Shown here: piece after piece, positions 12,187 through 23,166 of the stretch
Numbering within the stretch: the stretch's first letter is position 1
Layout: each line of letters begins with the position of its first letter
Origin: Vicinamibacteraceae bacterium
GTDB taxonomy: Bacteria; Acidobacteriota; Vicinamibacteria; Marinacidobacterales; Marinacidobacteraceae
Length of the DNA: 62,273 bases
NCBI GenBank assembly: GCA_012271265.1
Contig: JAAXGQ010000005.1
Location: forward strand, 1-62,273
Direction of reading: 5' to 3'
Notes under the pieces: generated by a model
Database searches by the model: none
What the model was told of the DNA's origin: nothing
Seen by the model: only the letters and a program-made list of their open reading frames with translations
Made by a program: the position numbers and the translations under genes

Positions 12187-13311
12187 ATGGCCAAGGTGGC
12201 GATCGGGGAAGGGCCATTTCGCCCCGGGACGGGGAGGCTGCCGCCCTGGCTCGCCGGCCGCGATGCCGAGAAGAGCTTTTTCCGCGCCCGGATCGCAGCC
12301 ATGGCCGCGGGTGTTCCTCCGCCGAGCGACGTCATCCTCTACGGACCGCGCGGCAACGGAAAGACGGCCCTGCTTGTCTGGCTCGACCGGGAGATCGCTT
12401 CGACCGCCGGAGTCGAATCGGTCCGCCTGACGCCTTCCGAGATCCCGACGGAGGCGAAGCTGGCGGAGCGCCTGCTCCCCGACACCTGGTGGAAGAGCGT
12501 GAAGCCCGACGACATTTCCGTCGCGGGGATCACCTGGCGGCCCGGCGGCGCGCGGCCCGTTCCGGCAGCGCGGCAGGTTCTCTCCGCGCGCACCGGAAGG
12601 AAACCGCTCGTCCTGCTGCTGGACGAAGCGCACACGCTCTCTCCCGAAGTCGGACAATCGCTCTTGAACGCCAGTCAGCTGGTCGGGGCCGAGCTCCCCT
12701 TTCTGCTGGTGCTGGCCGGAACCCCGGACCTCCGGCATCGGCTGAGCCGCATGAGCGCGTCCTTCTGGAGTCGCGCCCACCAGGTCCCGGTCAACCGGCT
12801 CGGCGGCGAGGACAGCGCCGCCGCCATCCTGAAGCCGTTCGCGCACGAAGGGATCGCGGTGGCCCCGGACGCCCTGGAGCGTATCCTGAAGCACAGCCAC
12901 GGCTATCCGTTCTTCCTCCAGCTCTGGGGCAGCCTCGTCTGGCGGCGCGCCGCCGGCTCCGGCAGCGGGTCCGTGACCCGTGAGCACGCCGAAGCGGCGC
13001 AAACCGAGTTCGCGTTCCGCCAGGGCCTCTACTACCTCGATCGCTTCAACGAACTGGAGGACCTCGACCTGCTGCCGGCGGCCCGCGCCGTCGCGGACGC
13101 CTTCGTCCGGCAGCCGGCCGTTCCCTACGGCGCGCTGCGGGAAGCCGTGCTCCCGCGACTCGGAAACGGGGCCGGCCGGGAGGACGCGAATGCGGCGCTC
13201 CGGACCCTGCGCCATCTCGGGTTCATCTGGCAGTCCGGCCCGGTCCCTCTCTGGGAGCCGGGCATTCCCAGCCTGATGCGCTACGTCCGGGAGCACGCGC
13301 CGGCGGGGTAA
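12187..13311 (+). CDS. P-loop (AAA/archaeal-type) ATPase with C-terminal winged-helix-like region, intact paralog of 4077..5200
   Basis: 374 aa. Walker A GPRGNGKTALL, Walker B LLLDEAH, and conserved HGYPFFLQLWG and HLGFIWQSG segments. Confidence 0.85.
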   Translation: MAKVAIGEGPFRPGTGRLPPWLAGRDAEKSFFRARIAAMAAGVPPPSDVILYGPRGNGKTALLVWLDREIASTAGVESVRLTPSEIPTEAKLAERLLPDTWWKSVKPDDISVAGITWRPGGARPVPAARQVLSARTGRKPLVLLLDEAHTLSPEVGQSLLNASQLVGAELPFLLVLAGTPDLRHRLSRMSASFWSRAHQVPVNRLGGEDSAAAILKPFAHEGIAVAPDALERILKHSHGYPFFLQLWGSLVWRRAAGSGSGSVTREHAEAAQTEFAFRQGLYYLDRFNELEDLDLLPAARAVADAFVRQPAVPYGALREAVLPRLGNGAGREDANAALRTLRHLGFIWQSGPVPLWEPGIPSLMRYVREHAPAG

Positions 13312-13394
13312 GCCTCGGGGGGCGCGCCGGGGAGGCCGCCCCCGGAACACGAGCCTCCGGACTCGTGCGAATGCGGTGGTTGGCTGCGAGTGGT

Positions 13395-13486
13395 GAGATT
13401 CCCGCTCGGCAGGAGATTCCCGCTCGGCAGGAGACTCGCGCTCGGCAGGAGACTCGCGCTCCGCGGGGGGACTCGCATTCCGCGCG
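13395..13486 (+). repeat. 18-bp direct repeat array (about 5 copies, decaying)
   Basis: gagattcccgctcggcag x2, gagactcgcgctcggcag, gagactcgcgctccgcgg, then a degenerate copy. Lies between convergent genes. Confidence 0.85.
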
Positions 13487-13557
13487 GGCGCAACCCCGGC
13501 CGGAGGGCAGGGGGGATGCTGCGGGCCGGGGTGCGCCGACCCGCAGCAAGGGGGGGC

Positions 13558-15174
13558 TTACTGCTGCTGGGCGTCCGTGGTGGCCGTCACGTGCTGGTGA
13601 ACCTCGGAGAGGAACGGCACGTCGGCGTCGGCTTCCGTGAGGAAGGTGCTCAGCGTGGCGTAGGCGCGGCTGGCCGTCTTCGTGTCACCGAGAGCCGTCG
13701 CGGCGCGGGCGAGGCCGAGGAGGGAGGCGGTGCGGTTCGGGGTCCGGGTCAGGCTGGTCCGGAACTGGGAGATGGCTTCGTCCGCCTTGCCGGCATCGAG
13801 GAGGAGTTCACCCCGAAGCTCGTGCGAGGGCTTCATCGGGTATGTGGGGCCGGACGGCGGATCCTGGGTTTCCTCGATCGCGGTGGCCATCGCGGCATGC
13901 TCGAGCGCGCCGGCGGTGTCGCCCCGAAGGTTCGCGGCGAGGGCTTCCACCTCGTGCTGCATGATCCGGACGGAGTCGGCCTGGTAGGACTCCCCGTCCT
14001 CCGCCCGGGCGTCGGCGAGCTTCCTGAGCTTCCCGGCGGCCGCATCGACACCGGCGGCGTCGCCTTCGGCGGCAGCCTTCATCCCGGCGGCGAACAGCAG
14101 GTTCGCGGTCGAGTTGTAGCGGCTCGTGTCCAGGTCGCCGTCCGGGAGCGAGATCCGGTCAAAGCGGCCGGTCTCGATCGCGTGGCGGGCCACCATGGAA
14201 GCCGAGATCCGGCTCAGGCGGAGGTCGTCGGTCTCGGTGGCGGCGTCGTCCACGATGGCGATGGCGTCGAGCACCTCGCCGTACTGGCCGCGCTGCAGGT
14301 CGGCGTAGGCCTTCCACTCGAGGCTGTGGTAGTCGCGCTTCGTGATCGAGAGGTTCTTCCGCTCCACCCACTTCGCCGAGGCGTTGTAGGCGACTTCATT
14401 CGAGTCCGCGACCCGGTTCCACATACCGTGCTGGACGAAGATGTGGGACGGCATGTGCTGGGCGTGGTGCGCCTCCGGCGCAATCTCGGCGTAGCGGTTC
14501 GCGGCCTCGAGGGCGAGCGGGGCGTGCTCCGGATCGTCGAACGAGTGGATCACGTAGTGGGCGGCGCCGGGGTGGTTCGGCTCGTCGTGGAACAGCTTCG
14601 ACGCGATGGCGCCCGCCTTCATCTGGCGGTGGAACCCGGACTCGCCCCGGCGCACCAGGCCGAGGTAGGACAGCGCGTAGAAGGCCTGGGCCTCGTTGTC
14701 CTCGGGATGGGCCTGTGCCAGCCGCTGCAGCGCCTCGTGGTAGAGCTGGTCGCGTTCGTACTTGTCGCCCGGGCCGTAGAGGACCTCCACGGTGTCCAGA
14801 TAGAGCCGCTCGCGCTCGGTGGGGGTCTTCGCCCGGCGCTCGGCGCGCGTGGCGCCGAAACGCTCGAGGACCTCGCGCGCAGCGCTGATGTCCTGCTCGG
14901 ACCAGAGCGGATGGTTGTGGCTGACCGCTTCGCCCCAGTAGGCGAGGGCGAAGTCCGGATCGATCTCCTGGGCGTTCCTGAAGGCTTCTTCGGCTTCCTC
15001 GTACCAGAAGCTGTGGAGCGCCGCGATGCCGCGCTGGAAGGCTTCCTGCGCCTCCTCGGCTCCGGAATTCGGAAAGTGGACCGTGCCCAGCTGCGTCTGA
15101 GCGATGGCCGGCGCCGCAAGCGCCGCGGAACACACAAGCGCCGCGAACCAGCGGCGGAGTCGGGAAATATGCAT
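13558..15174 (-). CDS. Secreted TPR-repeat protein
   Basis: The internal ATG at 15174 gives the signal peptide MHISRLRRWFAALVCSAALAAPAIAQ. The rest is helical-repeat-like (AFQRGIAALHSFWYEEAEEAFRNAQEIDP...). The upstream part of the 1086-aa ORF is antisense to moxR/DUF58. Confidence 0.75.
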   Translation of the reverse strand: MHISRLRRWFAALVCSAALAAPAIAQTQLGTVHFPNSGAEEAQEAFQRGIAALHSFWYEEAEEAFRNAQEIDPDFALAYWGEAVSHNHPLWSEQDISAAREVLERFGATRAERRAKTPTERERLYLDTVEVLYGPGDKYERDQLYHEALQRLAQAHPEDNEAQAFYALSYLGLVRRGESGFHRQMKAGAIASKLFHDEPNHPGAAHYVIHSFDDPEHAPLALEAANRYAEIAPEAHHAQHMPSHIFVQHGMWNRVADSNEVAYNASAKWVERKNLSITKRDYHSLEWKAYADLQRGQYGEVLDAIAIVDDAATETDDLRLSRISASMVARHAIETGRFDRISLPDGDLDTSRYNSTANLLFAAGMKAAAEGDAAGVDAAAGKLRKLADARAEDGESYQADSVRIMQHEVEALAANLRGDTAGALEHAAMATAIEETQDPPSGPTYPMKPSHELRGELLLDAGKADEAISQFRTSLTRTPNRTASLLGLARAATALGDTKTASRAYATLSTFLTEADADVPFLSEVHQHVTATTDAQQQ

Positions 15175-15318
15175 CGAGGTCGCCTCCCCGCGGGCTCGCC
15201 TGGAAGGCCCGCAGAACACGCAATCGTAGCGAGACGCCATCCGCCGGGGCGAACGCGACCCCTCTAGAATGGCCGGGAACCGATTTCCGGCCGTCCGGGT
15301 TCTTGTGCGGAAACAGAC

Positions 15319-16299
<981 letters not shown>

Positions 16300-16339
16300 C
16301 GTCGGCCCCGCCGGCAGGTAAGGGGGGCGGGGGCGCCCG

Positions 16340-17329
16340 ATGGCCGCGCGATCCCGGTGGCGGCCCGGGGCATGGCTCGGCGGCCTTGTGTTCGGGGCCG
16401 CCCCGCCGGCGCCCGCGCCGTCCGGCCCCGAGGGCGCGGAGGTCTCCACGGCCGAGCTGCTGGCGCGGGTGCGCTGGATCGAGATCCGCACCCGCAAACT
16501 GGTCACCGAGGCGCTGGCCGGCGCGTATCTGAGCGCCTTCAAGGGGCAGGGGATGGAGTTTTCCGAGGTCCGGGAGTACCTCCCCGGGGACGACATCCGC
16601 GCCGTGGACTGGAACGTGACCTCCCGCACCGGCTCGCTCCACGTCAAGAAGTTCGTCGAGGAGCGCGAACTCACCGTCCTCTTCCTCCTCGATGTCTCCC
16701 GCTCGTTCGCCTTCGGCAGCGGGGACCGGCTCAAGCGCCAGACCGCCGCCGAAGTCGCCGCCGCGCTCGCCTTCTCCGCGATCCGCTCCGGCGACCGGGT
16801 CGGGGCGATGCTGTTCACCGACGCGGTGGAGACGCGCCTGCCGGCGCGGAAGGGGCGGCGTCACGGGCTCCGGGTGCTGCGCGACCTGCTCTATTTCCGC
16901 CCGAAGGGGGCCGGGACCGACCTGAAGGCGGCGCTCTCGCTCCTGAACCGGGTGGCCCGGCGGCGCGCCGCCGTGTTCCTCGTGAGTGATTTCCTCGGGG
17001 ATCCGCCCGAGCGCTGGCGTCGTCCGCTGCGGGTGGCCGCCCGCCGCCACGACCTGATCGCGGTGCGGGTCCGCGACGAGCGCGAAACCGCGTTGCCTGA
17101 CGCCGGCCTTCTCGACCTCGAAGACGCCGAGACGGGTCAGGTCGCCCGGATCGACACCTCCGACCCGCGCGTCAGGAAGGCCTACCGGGAGCGGGCCGCC
17201 GAGGCTCGGGCCGCCGCCGCGGCCACCCTCCAGGGGAGCGCCGTCGACCTCGTGGACGTGGTCGCCGGCGAGCCCTACGACGCGGCCCTCAAGCGCTTCT
17301 TCCAGGTGCGGGGACGCCGCCGCCGATGA
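16340..17329 (+). CDS. DUF58 (vWA-like) protein, MoxR partner
   Basis: REYLPGDDIRAVDWNVTSRTGSLHVKKFVEEREL is the DUF58 signature. It follows moxR. Confidence 0.9.
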   Translation: MAARSRWRPGAWLGGLVFGAAPPAPAPSGPEGAEVSTAELLARVRWIEIRTRKLVTEALAGAYLSAFKGQGMEFSEVREYLPGDDIRAVDWNVTSRTGSLHVKKFVEERELTVLFLLDVSRSFAFGSGDRLKRQTAAEVAAALAFSAIRSGDRVGAMLFTDAVETRLPARKGRRHGLRVLRDLLYFRPKGAGTDLKAALSLLNRVARRRAAVFLVSDFLGDPPERWRRPLRVAARRHDLIAVRVRDERETALPDAGLLDLEDAETGQVARIDTSDPRVRKAYRERAAEARAAAAATLQGSAVDLVDVVAGEPYDAALKRFFQVRGRRRR

Positions 17330-18387
17330 CCCGGCTCGTCCCGGCCCCGGCCGTCTTCGCCTCCCTCGCGATCCCCGCCGTCCTCGCTGTCGGGTGGGGA
17401 TCCGCCGAAGCCGGCCAACCGCCCGCCGCGGCGGAGGGCGTGGCGGCGACGATCCCGGTGACGATCCCGGTGGCGATCGAGGTCCAGGTCGTTTCCGAGC
17501 CGGTCGAGGTCGGCGCCCGCTTCGAGGTGGAGGTCGTCGTCCGCCATCCCGGCGGCGCCGAGGCGGCCCCGGTGCTCGAAGACGCGCTGGGGCCCTTCCG
17601 CGTCTTCGGGGCTTTCCCGGTCGCTCCCGGGGAGGTGGGGGACGCGACCGATCGCGCCGGCGCGGCGCCGGAGGAAACCCGCTTCCGGATCGAGCTCGGG
17701 GCCTTCGTCCTGCCCGGCGACCACGAGATTCCCGGCTTCCCGATCGGCCTCCGCGCCGCCGACGGCGAGCTCTCGCTCACCGAGACGGCTCCGGTCCCGG
17801 TGCGCGTCGTCTCCTCCCTCGACCCCGCGGCGGCCGGGACCGACGCCGACATCCACGACATCCGGGGACCGTTTTTCTTCTCCCTGCCGCCGCGGTGGGG
17901 GCCGCTGCTGCTCATCGGCGCCGGGGTCCTGGTCCTCGCGGCCGCCGCCTGGTTCCTGCTGCGCCGCCGGCGGGCCGCGCCGGAGACGCTGACGCCGCTC
18001 CCGCCCCCCGCCGTCGAAGCCGAAGCGGCCCTGGCCGGGCTCTCGCGCTCCGGTCTTCTCGAAGCGGGCGAGGTGGAGCCGTACTACGAGCGGCTCGCCG
18101 GGATCATGAAGCGTTACGCCGGACGCCGCTTCGCGACGCGCTGGAACGACCGCACCACAGCCGAGATCCTGCGTGACCTCGAAACCCGAACGGACGCGCC
18201 GCCGGCCGCGCCCGAGGCGCCGGGAAACGCCCTTCCCCTGCTGGCCGGGATCCTGAACGAGGCCGACCTCGCGAAGTTCAGCGAGCAGGCGTTCCGCCCG
18301 GAGACCGCGCTCGACCGCTTCGCCGACGCCGGACGTTTCCTCGACCGGACCCGCCCGCCGGTGACCGACGCCGGCGGAGCCTCCTGA
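17326..18387 (+). CDS. Membrane protein of the Bat/MoxR operon (BatD-like N-terminus, DUF4381-like TM region)
   Basis: ATGA overlap with DUF58, a signal peptide, and internal TM LLLIGAGVLVLAAAAWFLLRRRR. The position matches DUF4381 in Bat operons. Confidence 0.6.
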   Translation: MTRLVPAPAVFASLAIPAVLAVGWGSAEAGQPPAAAEGVAATIPVTIPVAIEVQVVSEPVEVGARFEVEVVVRHPGGAEAAPVLEDALGPFRVFGAFPVAPGEVGDATDRAGAAPEETRFRIELGAFVLPGDHEIPGFPIGLRAADGELSLTETAPVPVRVVSSLDPAAAGTDADIHDIRGPFFFSLPPRWGPLLLIGAGVLVLAAAAWFLLRRRRAAPETLTPLPPPAVEAEAALAGLSRSGLLEAGEVEPYYERLAGIMKRYAGRRFATRWNDRTTAEILRDLETRTDAPPAAPEAPGNALPLLAGILNEADLAKFSEQAFRPETALDRFADAGRFLDRTRPPVTDAGGAS

Positions 18388-19364
18388 TGCGCTTTCTCTG
18401 GCCCGCGGCTCTCGGGCTGCTTCTCCTGCTGCCGGCCTTCGTGATCCGCCGCCGCCGGGTCCGCCCGCCGGCGCTCCGTCTGCCCGAAGCGGCGGCCCTC
18501 ACCGGACTCCCGCGCTCCCTCCGCTCACGGCTGACGTTTCTTCCTTTCGCGCTGGTGGCCGCCGCCTTTGCGCTGGCCGCGGTGGCCCTCGCGCGGCCGC
18601 AATCCGGCCTCACCAGGGAGACGGGTTCGACGCTCGGGGTGGACATCGTGCTCGCGCTCGACGTCTCCTCCAGCATGCAGGCGGAGGACTTCGCCCCGGC
18701 GGACCGCCTCACCGCCGCCAAGGAGGTCCTCGCCGACTTCGTCGAACGGCGGCCCCGCGACCGGCTCGGGGTGGTCGCCTTCGCCCGGCACGCGGTCACG
18801 GTGACGCCGCTCACCCTCGACCACGACATCCTCACCGCCCAGCTCCGCTCGGTCGGCGTCGGCGACATCGCCGACGGCACTGCGATCGGGAACGCGATCG
18901 CCTCCTCGGTCAACCGGCTCGTCGGCTCGGAGGCCGAGAGCCGGGTCATCGTGCTGCTCACCGACGGCGTTTCCAACGCCGGCGAGATCCATCCCCGCAC
19001 CGCCTCGGGGCTTGCGAAGGCGCGCGGCATCCGGATCTACACCGTCGGTGCCGGCAGCGAAGAGGGAGGTCGCATGCGGGTTCGCGGACCCGACGGCCGG
19101 TTTCAGATCCGCCAGTCGCCGGGGGTCGACGGCCGGATGCTCCGGGAGATCGCCGAGGGGACCGGGGGCCGGTATTTCCTGGCGCGGGACACCGAAGGAC
19201 TCCGGGCGGTCTACGAAGAGATCGACGGTCTCGAGCGCACCGAACTCGAGACGCCGGAGTGGACGAGCTGGGCCGAGGAAGGGCCCGTCCTCGCCGGCTG
19301 GGCCTCATTCCTGCTGTTTCTGGCGATGGCGCTCCGGTCCACCGCCCTCCGCAGCGCGCCCTGA
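18387..19364 (+). CDS. batA: vWA-domain membrane protein BatA
   Basis: N-terminal TM, MIDAS DVSSS in VDIVLALDVSSSM, and VIVLLTDG. Confidence 0.9.
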   Translation: MRFLWPAALGLLLLLPAFVIRRRRVRPPALRLPEAAALTGLPRSLRSRLTFLPFALVAAAFALAAVALARPQSGLTRETGSTLGVDIVLALDVSSSMQAEDFAPADRLTAAKEVLADFVERRPRDRLGVVAFARHAVTVTPLTLDHDILTAQLRSVGVGDIADGTAIGNAIASSVNRLVGSEAESRVIVLLTDGVSNAGEIHPRTASGLAKARGIRIYTVGAGSEEGGRMRVRGPDGRFQIRQSPGVDGRMLREIAEGTGGRYFLARDTEGLRAVYEEIDGLERTELETPEWTSWAEEGPVLAGWASFLLFLAMALRSTALRSAP

Positions 19365-19376
19365 ACCGGGACTGCG

Positions 19377-20390
19377 ATGCGTTTCGGAGAGCCGGGGGCG
19401 CTGCTCCTCCTCGCCTTCACCCCCCTCGCCGTCGGATTCCTCTGGTTCGGCGCGCGGCGCGGCCGGGCGGCGGCGCTCCGCTTCAGCCGCCGCGCCGCGC
19501 GGCTGGTGGAGCGGAGCAGCCCCGGCCGCCGCCGGGCGCGCGATCTGCTCCTCCTGCTGGCCCTCGTGCTGTTGGCCGCGGCCGCCGCGCGGCCGCAGTG
19601 GGGCCGGGAGGAGCGGGAGGTCACCCTGGTTGGGGTGGACGTCCTCCTCGCGCTGGACACCTCGTTCAGCATGGACGCCCGCGACGTCGCTCCGTCCCGC
19701 ATGGAGCGCGCCCGCTACATTGCGTCCGCGCTTACAGGCCGCCTCGCCGGGAACCGGGTCGGCATGATCGCGTTTTCCGGGGATGCGTTCACCCAGTGCC
19801 CGCTGACCCATGACCTCGGCGCCGTCCGCACCCTGCTGGCCGGGATTGCGACCGGGGCGGTCGAAAGCCCGGGCACGAATCTGTCCGCCATGATCGAGGA
19901 ATCCGTCCGCGCCTTCGAGCAGCAGGAGAGCCGCAGCCGGGTCGTGATCCTCCTGACCGACGGGCAGCAGGACGATCTCCGTCTCCGTCCCGTCGCCGAG
20001 GTCGCGGCGGCAGCGGCCGAGGCCGGGATCGTGATCCACGCCATCGGCGTAGGCACCTCGTCCGGGGCCACGATCCCGGTCAGCGCCGAAGCCGGCCCGA
20101 CGCTGATGCGGGACGCCGCCGGATCCCCGATCGTGAGCCGGCTCGACGCCACGACCCTGTCCGAACTCGCCGCCCTCACCGGCGGCGGCTACTGGGAGGT
20201 GACATCCGACGACAGGGAAATCGCCGCCGTCGCCGACCGGATCGGGCGGCTGGAGGGCGGGGAGCTGGGCGACCGGATCTCGGACCGCTACCGGGAACGC
20301 TTCCAGGTCCCGCTGGCGCTGGCCGCCGCAGCGCTCGCCGCGTGGGGCCTCTCGGCGCCCGGCGCCCGGCGCAGGGAGGCTCTCGCGTGA
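19377..20390 (+). CDS. batB: vWA-domain membrane protein BatB
   Basis: VDVLLALDTSFSM MIDAS motif, VVILLTDGQQD, and a C-terminal TM. Confidence 0.9.
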   Translation: MRFGEPGALLLLAFTPLAVGFLWFGARRGRAAALRFSRRAARLVERSSPGRRRARDLLLLLALVLLAAAAARPQWGREEREVTLVGVDVLLALDTSFSMDARDVAPSRMERARYIASALTGRLAGNRVGMIAFSGDAFTQCPLTHDLGAVRTLLAGIATGAVESPGTNLSAMIEESVRAFEQQESRSRVVILLTDGQQDDLRLRPVAEVAAAAAEAGIVIHAIGVGTSSGATIPVSAEAGPTLMRDAAGSPIVSRLDATTLSELAALTGGGYWEVTSDDREIAAVADRIGRLEGGELGDRISDRYRERFQVPLALAAAALAAWGLSAPGARRREALA

Positions 20391-21259
20391 CCGCGGCGGC
20401 GCTCCCGATCCTCCTCGCCGTCCAGCTGCTCGGCGGCCCGGAGGGGAACACCGAGGAGGGCGCGGAGCACTTTCTCGAGGGACGCCTCGAGGAGGCGCTT
20501 CGGGCGTTCGCCCGCGCCCGCGACGCCCATCCGGAAGCGCCGGAGAGCGATCTGAACATCGCCGGGGTGCACTACCGGCTCGGGGAGGCGTCGCCTCCGG
20601 GGGCGGCGGCGGAGGATCCCTTCGCCGAAGCGGTGCGCGGGTACCAGGCGGGGCTGGAGGCCGTCGCCGAGGACGAGAAGCGGCGGGACGGCTTCTTCAA
20701 CCTGGGGAACGCGCTCTATCGGAGCGGCGCCTTCCGGGAGGCGGCGGGCGCCTTCGCCGAGGCCATCGCCATCGACCCGGAAGACACGGAAGCCCGCCAG
20801 AACCTGGAACTCGCTCTCCGGCGCGCCGACGAGCAACAGTCGCAGGAGCCGCAGGAGGGGGGCGGGGAGGACCAGCAGGACCACGAAGATCGGCAGGACG
20901 AGGAAGACCAGCAGGACGAGGAAGACCAGCAGGACGAGGAAGACCGGCAGGAGCAGCAGGAAGATCAGCAGGAGCAGCGGGACCAGGGAGACCAGCAGGA
21001 CCGGCCGGAGCAGCAGGACCGGCCGGAGCAGCAGGACGGCGAGGGCGAGGAAAACCGCGAGCCGGAGCCTTCCGGACCCGAGACGCCGGAAGCCCCCGAC
21101 CAGGGGCCCGAGGACATGTCCGAGCCCGGCGAAGTCCCCGAAATCACCCCGGAACAGGCCGAACGGATCCTCGCCGCGTTAGCGGAGATCGAGCGCGCGT
21201 ACCAGGAGGAGCAGCTCGAACGGCGTCGCGCCCGGGCGCTCCGGCGGGGGCGCCACTGA
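20387..21259 (+). CDS. batC: TPR protein BatC with acidic Asp/Glu/Gln-rich repeat tail
   Basis: GTGA overlap with batB. TPR segments (FFNLGNALYRSGAFREAAGAFAEAIAIDP). The DQQDEE and DRPEQQ repeats are encoded by in-frame 18-nt DNA repeats at about 20880-21050. Confidence 0.8.
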   Translation: MTAAALPILLAVQLLGGPEGNTEEGAEHFLEGRLEEALRAFARARDAHPEAPESDLNIAGVHYRLGEASPPGAAAEDPFAEAVRGYQAGLEAVAEDEKRRDGFFNLGNALYRSGAFREAAGAFAEAIAIDPEDTEARQNLELALRRADEQQSQEPQEGGGEDQQDHEDRQDEEDQQDEEDQQDEEDRQEQQEDQQEQRDQGDQQDRPEQQDRPEQQDGEGEENREPEPSGPETPEAPDQGPEDMSEPGEVPEITPEQAERILAALAEIERAYQEEQLERRRARALRRGRH

Positions 21260-23166
21260 TGCTCCGCGCCGTGCGTGTGTCAGCGCCGGCCCTCGCCGCT
21301 CTGGTGCTCGGCTTCGCCTCCCCGGTCCCGGCGCAGTCCCCCGAACCCGCCGACGCCCGTCTGAACGCCACCCGGATCGGCCTCGAAGACGAGCTGCAGC
21401 TCACGATCTCGGCGCCCGAGGCGCGGGGCGGCCCCCCGGAATTGCCGGCGCTCGAAGGGTTCGAGGTGCTGGGAAGTCAGCGTGTCTCGCGTACCGAAAT
21501 CGTGAACATGAACATGACGCGGGCGACCGACTGGATCTACACCCTGCGGCCGCTCGAAACCGGGAACCTCGAGATCCCGCCGATCGCGGTCCCCGGCTAC
21601 GCCGACACCCGGCCGCTCACGGTGGAGGTCGTCCCTGGAAGTCTCCGGCCCCGGGCCGCCCCCGGCTTCCCCGATCCCTTCTCGTTCGGCTTCGATCCGT
21701 TTCGCCGCGGCCGCCGCGAGCCCCGTGAGGCCATCACCGAAGAGGACGTCTTCGTCCGCGTGGAGGCGCCCCTTACCGAGGTCTTCGAGGGCGAGCAGGT
21801 TCTCGTCCTCTACCGGCTCTACTCCCGCCTCCCGGTCTTCGCCGCCGGGCTTGTCGAAAGCGCCCAGCCCGAAGGTTTCTGGACCGAGGAGATCGAGCTC
21901 CCGGACGTTCCCTGGGCCGAGCGCGGTCTCTCCGCCTCCGAACTCCGGCGCCGCCGGGCGCTGCCCGGCCCCCGCCGCGAGGCGCAGACGGTGAACGGGG
22001 TTCGCTACGACACCTGGCCTCTCCTGATGCGCGCGGTCTTCCCCACCGGCGCGGGGCCACGCGAGCTGGCCGGGCCCCGGTTCGAGGTCGGGATCGAGGG
22101 AGCGACGCGGAGCTTCTTCGGCCCGGAGCAGCTCGTGGTCACCCGCACCGCGCCGCCGGTCACGATCCACGCCCGTCCGCTCCCCGAGAGCGGACGGCCC
22201 CCCGGCTTCACCGGGGCGGTCGGGGCGTATCGGCTGACCGCCGGGCTCCTCCGCGAGGGCCGACCGGTCGGCGACGCCTCCTCGCCGGCAGGAGAACCGC
22301 TCGTCCTGCGGATGGCGCTGTCCGGGCGCGGGAACCTCGGAAACGCGGACGCCCCGGCGATGCCGCTCGCGGACGCGGCCCGGCGGCGCATCCGGTTCTT
22401 CGATCCGGACACCCGGCTCCAGACCGGGCTCGTCGCGGCAGGGGAAGGGTTCGCCTTCGGCGGCGAGCGGGTCTGGGAAATCCCGCTGGTCGCCGAGGCG
22501 GGCGGGCTGCAGCGGATCGGCGCCGCCACCCTCGACGTGTTCAATCCCGAGACCGGGGCCTACGAAGAGGTCGCGTCCGACCCGTTGGCGTTCCGCATCG
22601 AGGGCGGCGCCGCCCCGGTTCCCGGCGGCGGAGGCCCGGCCGCGGTGGAGCGGCTCGGGCAGGACATCCGCTACCTGAAACCGGTCGGCCCCGGCCGCGG
22701 GCCGGATCCGGGGCCGTGGCGTCCCGGAGCGCTGCTCGTCATCGGGCTGACGCTGCCGGTCGTCTGGAACCTCGCCCTGGTCGCGGTGTTGCGGCGCCGC
22801 GCCTACCGGGCGGCGCACGCCGAGGTCTTCCTGCGCCGGGGCGCGGCCCGGGCCGCCAACCGCCGGCTCGACCGGATCTCGGGAGAAGGGGCGGAGCGGC
22901 TCGCCAGAATCGGCGCGGTGCTCGCCGGGTATGCCTCGGAGCGGCTCTCCGCTCCGGCCGGGGGCCTGACGCCGGACGCCGCGGCGGACCGTTTCCGGGC
23001 CGCCGGGGCGGCTGACGGGACGGCGGCGCGCTTCGCGGCGCTCCTGTCGCGCCTCGAGGGCGCCCGTTTCGCCGCCCGGCGAGCCGGGGCCGCCCGGGAC
23101 CGGGCCCTCGAAGAGGCCCGGGCGCTCATTGGCGAGCTCGAGGGTCAACTGGGACGCGCGGCATGA
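21259..23166 (+). CDS. batD: BatD (oxygen-tolerance) family protein
   Basis: 635 aa with a signal peptide, C-terminal TM LLVIGLTLPVVWNLALVAVL and the expected operon position. Confidence 0.8.
   Translation: MLRAVRVSAPALAALVLGFASPVPAQSPEPADARLNATRIGLEDELQLTISAPEARGGPPELPALEGFEVLGSQRVSRTEIVNMNMTRATDWIYTLRPLETGNLEIPPIAVPGYADTRPLTVEVVPGSLRPRAAPGFPDPFSFGFDPFRRGRREPREAITEEDVFVRVEAPLTEVFEGEQVLVLYRLYSRLPVFAAGLVESAQPEGFWTEEIELPDVPWAERGLSASELRRRRALPGPRREAQTVNGVRYDTWPLLMRAVFPTGAGPRELAGPRFEVGIEGATRSFFGPEQLVVTRTAPPVTIHARPLPESGRPPGFTGAVGAYRLTAGLLREGRPVGDASSPAGEPLVLRMALSGRGNLGNADAPAMPLADAARRRIRFFDPDTRLQTGLVAAGEGFAFGGERVWEIPLVAEAGGLQRIGAATLDVFNPETGAYEEVASDPLAFRIEGGAAPVPGGGGPAAVERLGQDIRYLKPVGPGRGPDPGPWRPGALLVIGLTLPVVWNLALVAVLRRRAYRAAHAEVFLRRGAARAANRRLDRISGEGAERLARIGAVLAGYASERLSAPAGGLTPDAAADRFRAAGAADGTAARFAALLSRLEGARFAARRAGAARDRALEEARALIGELEGQLGRAA

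Noticed and set aside
20880-21050. A tandem 18-nt DNA repeat that could be taken for a non-coding microsatellite.
   Set aside because: It lies in frame inside batC and encodes the acidic DQQDEE/DRPEQQ tail, so it is a coding low-complexity region.
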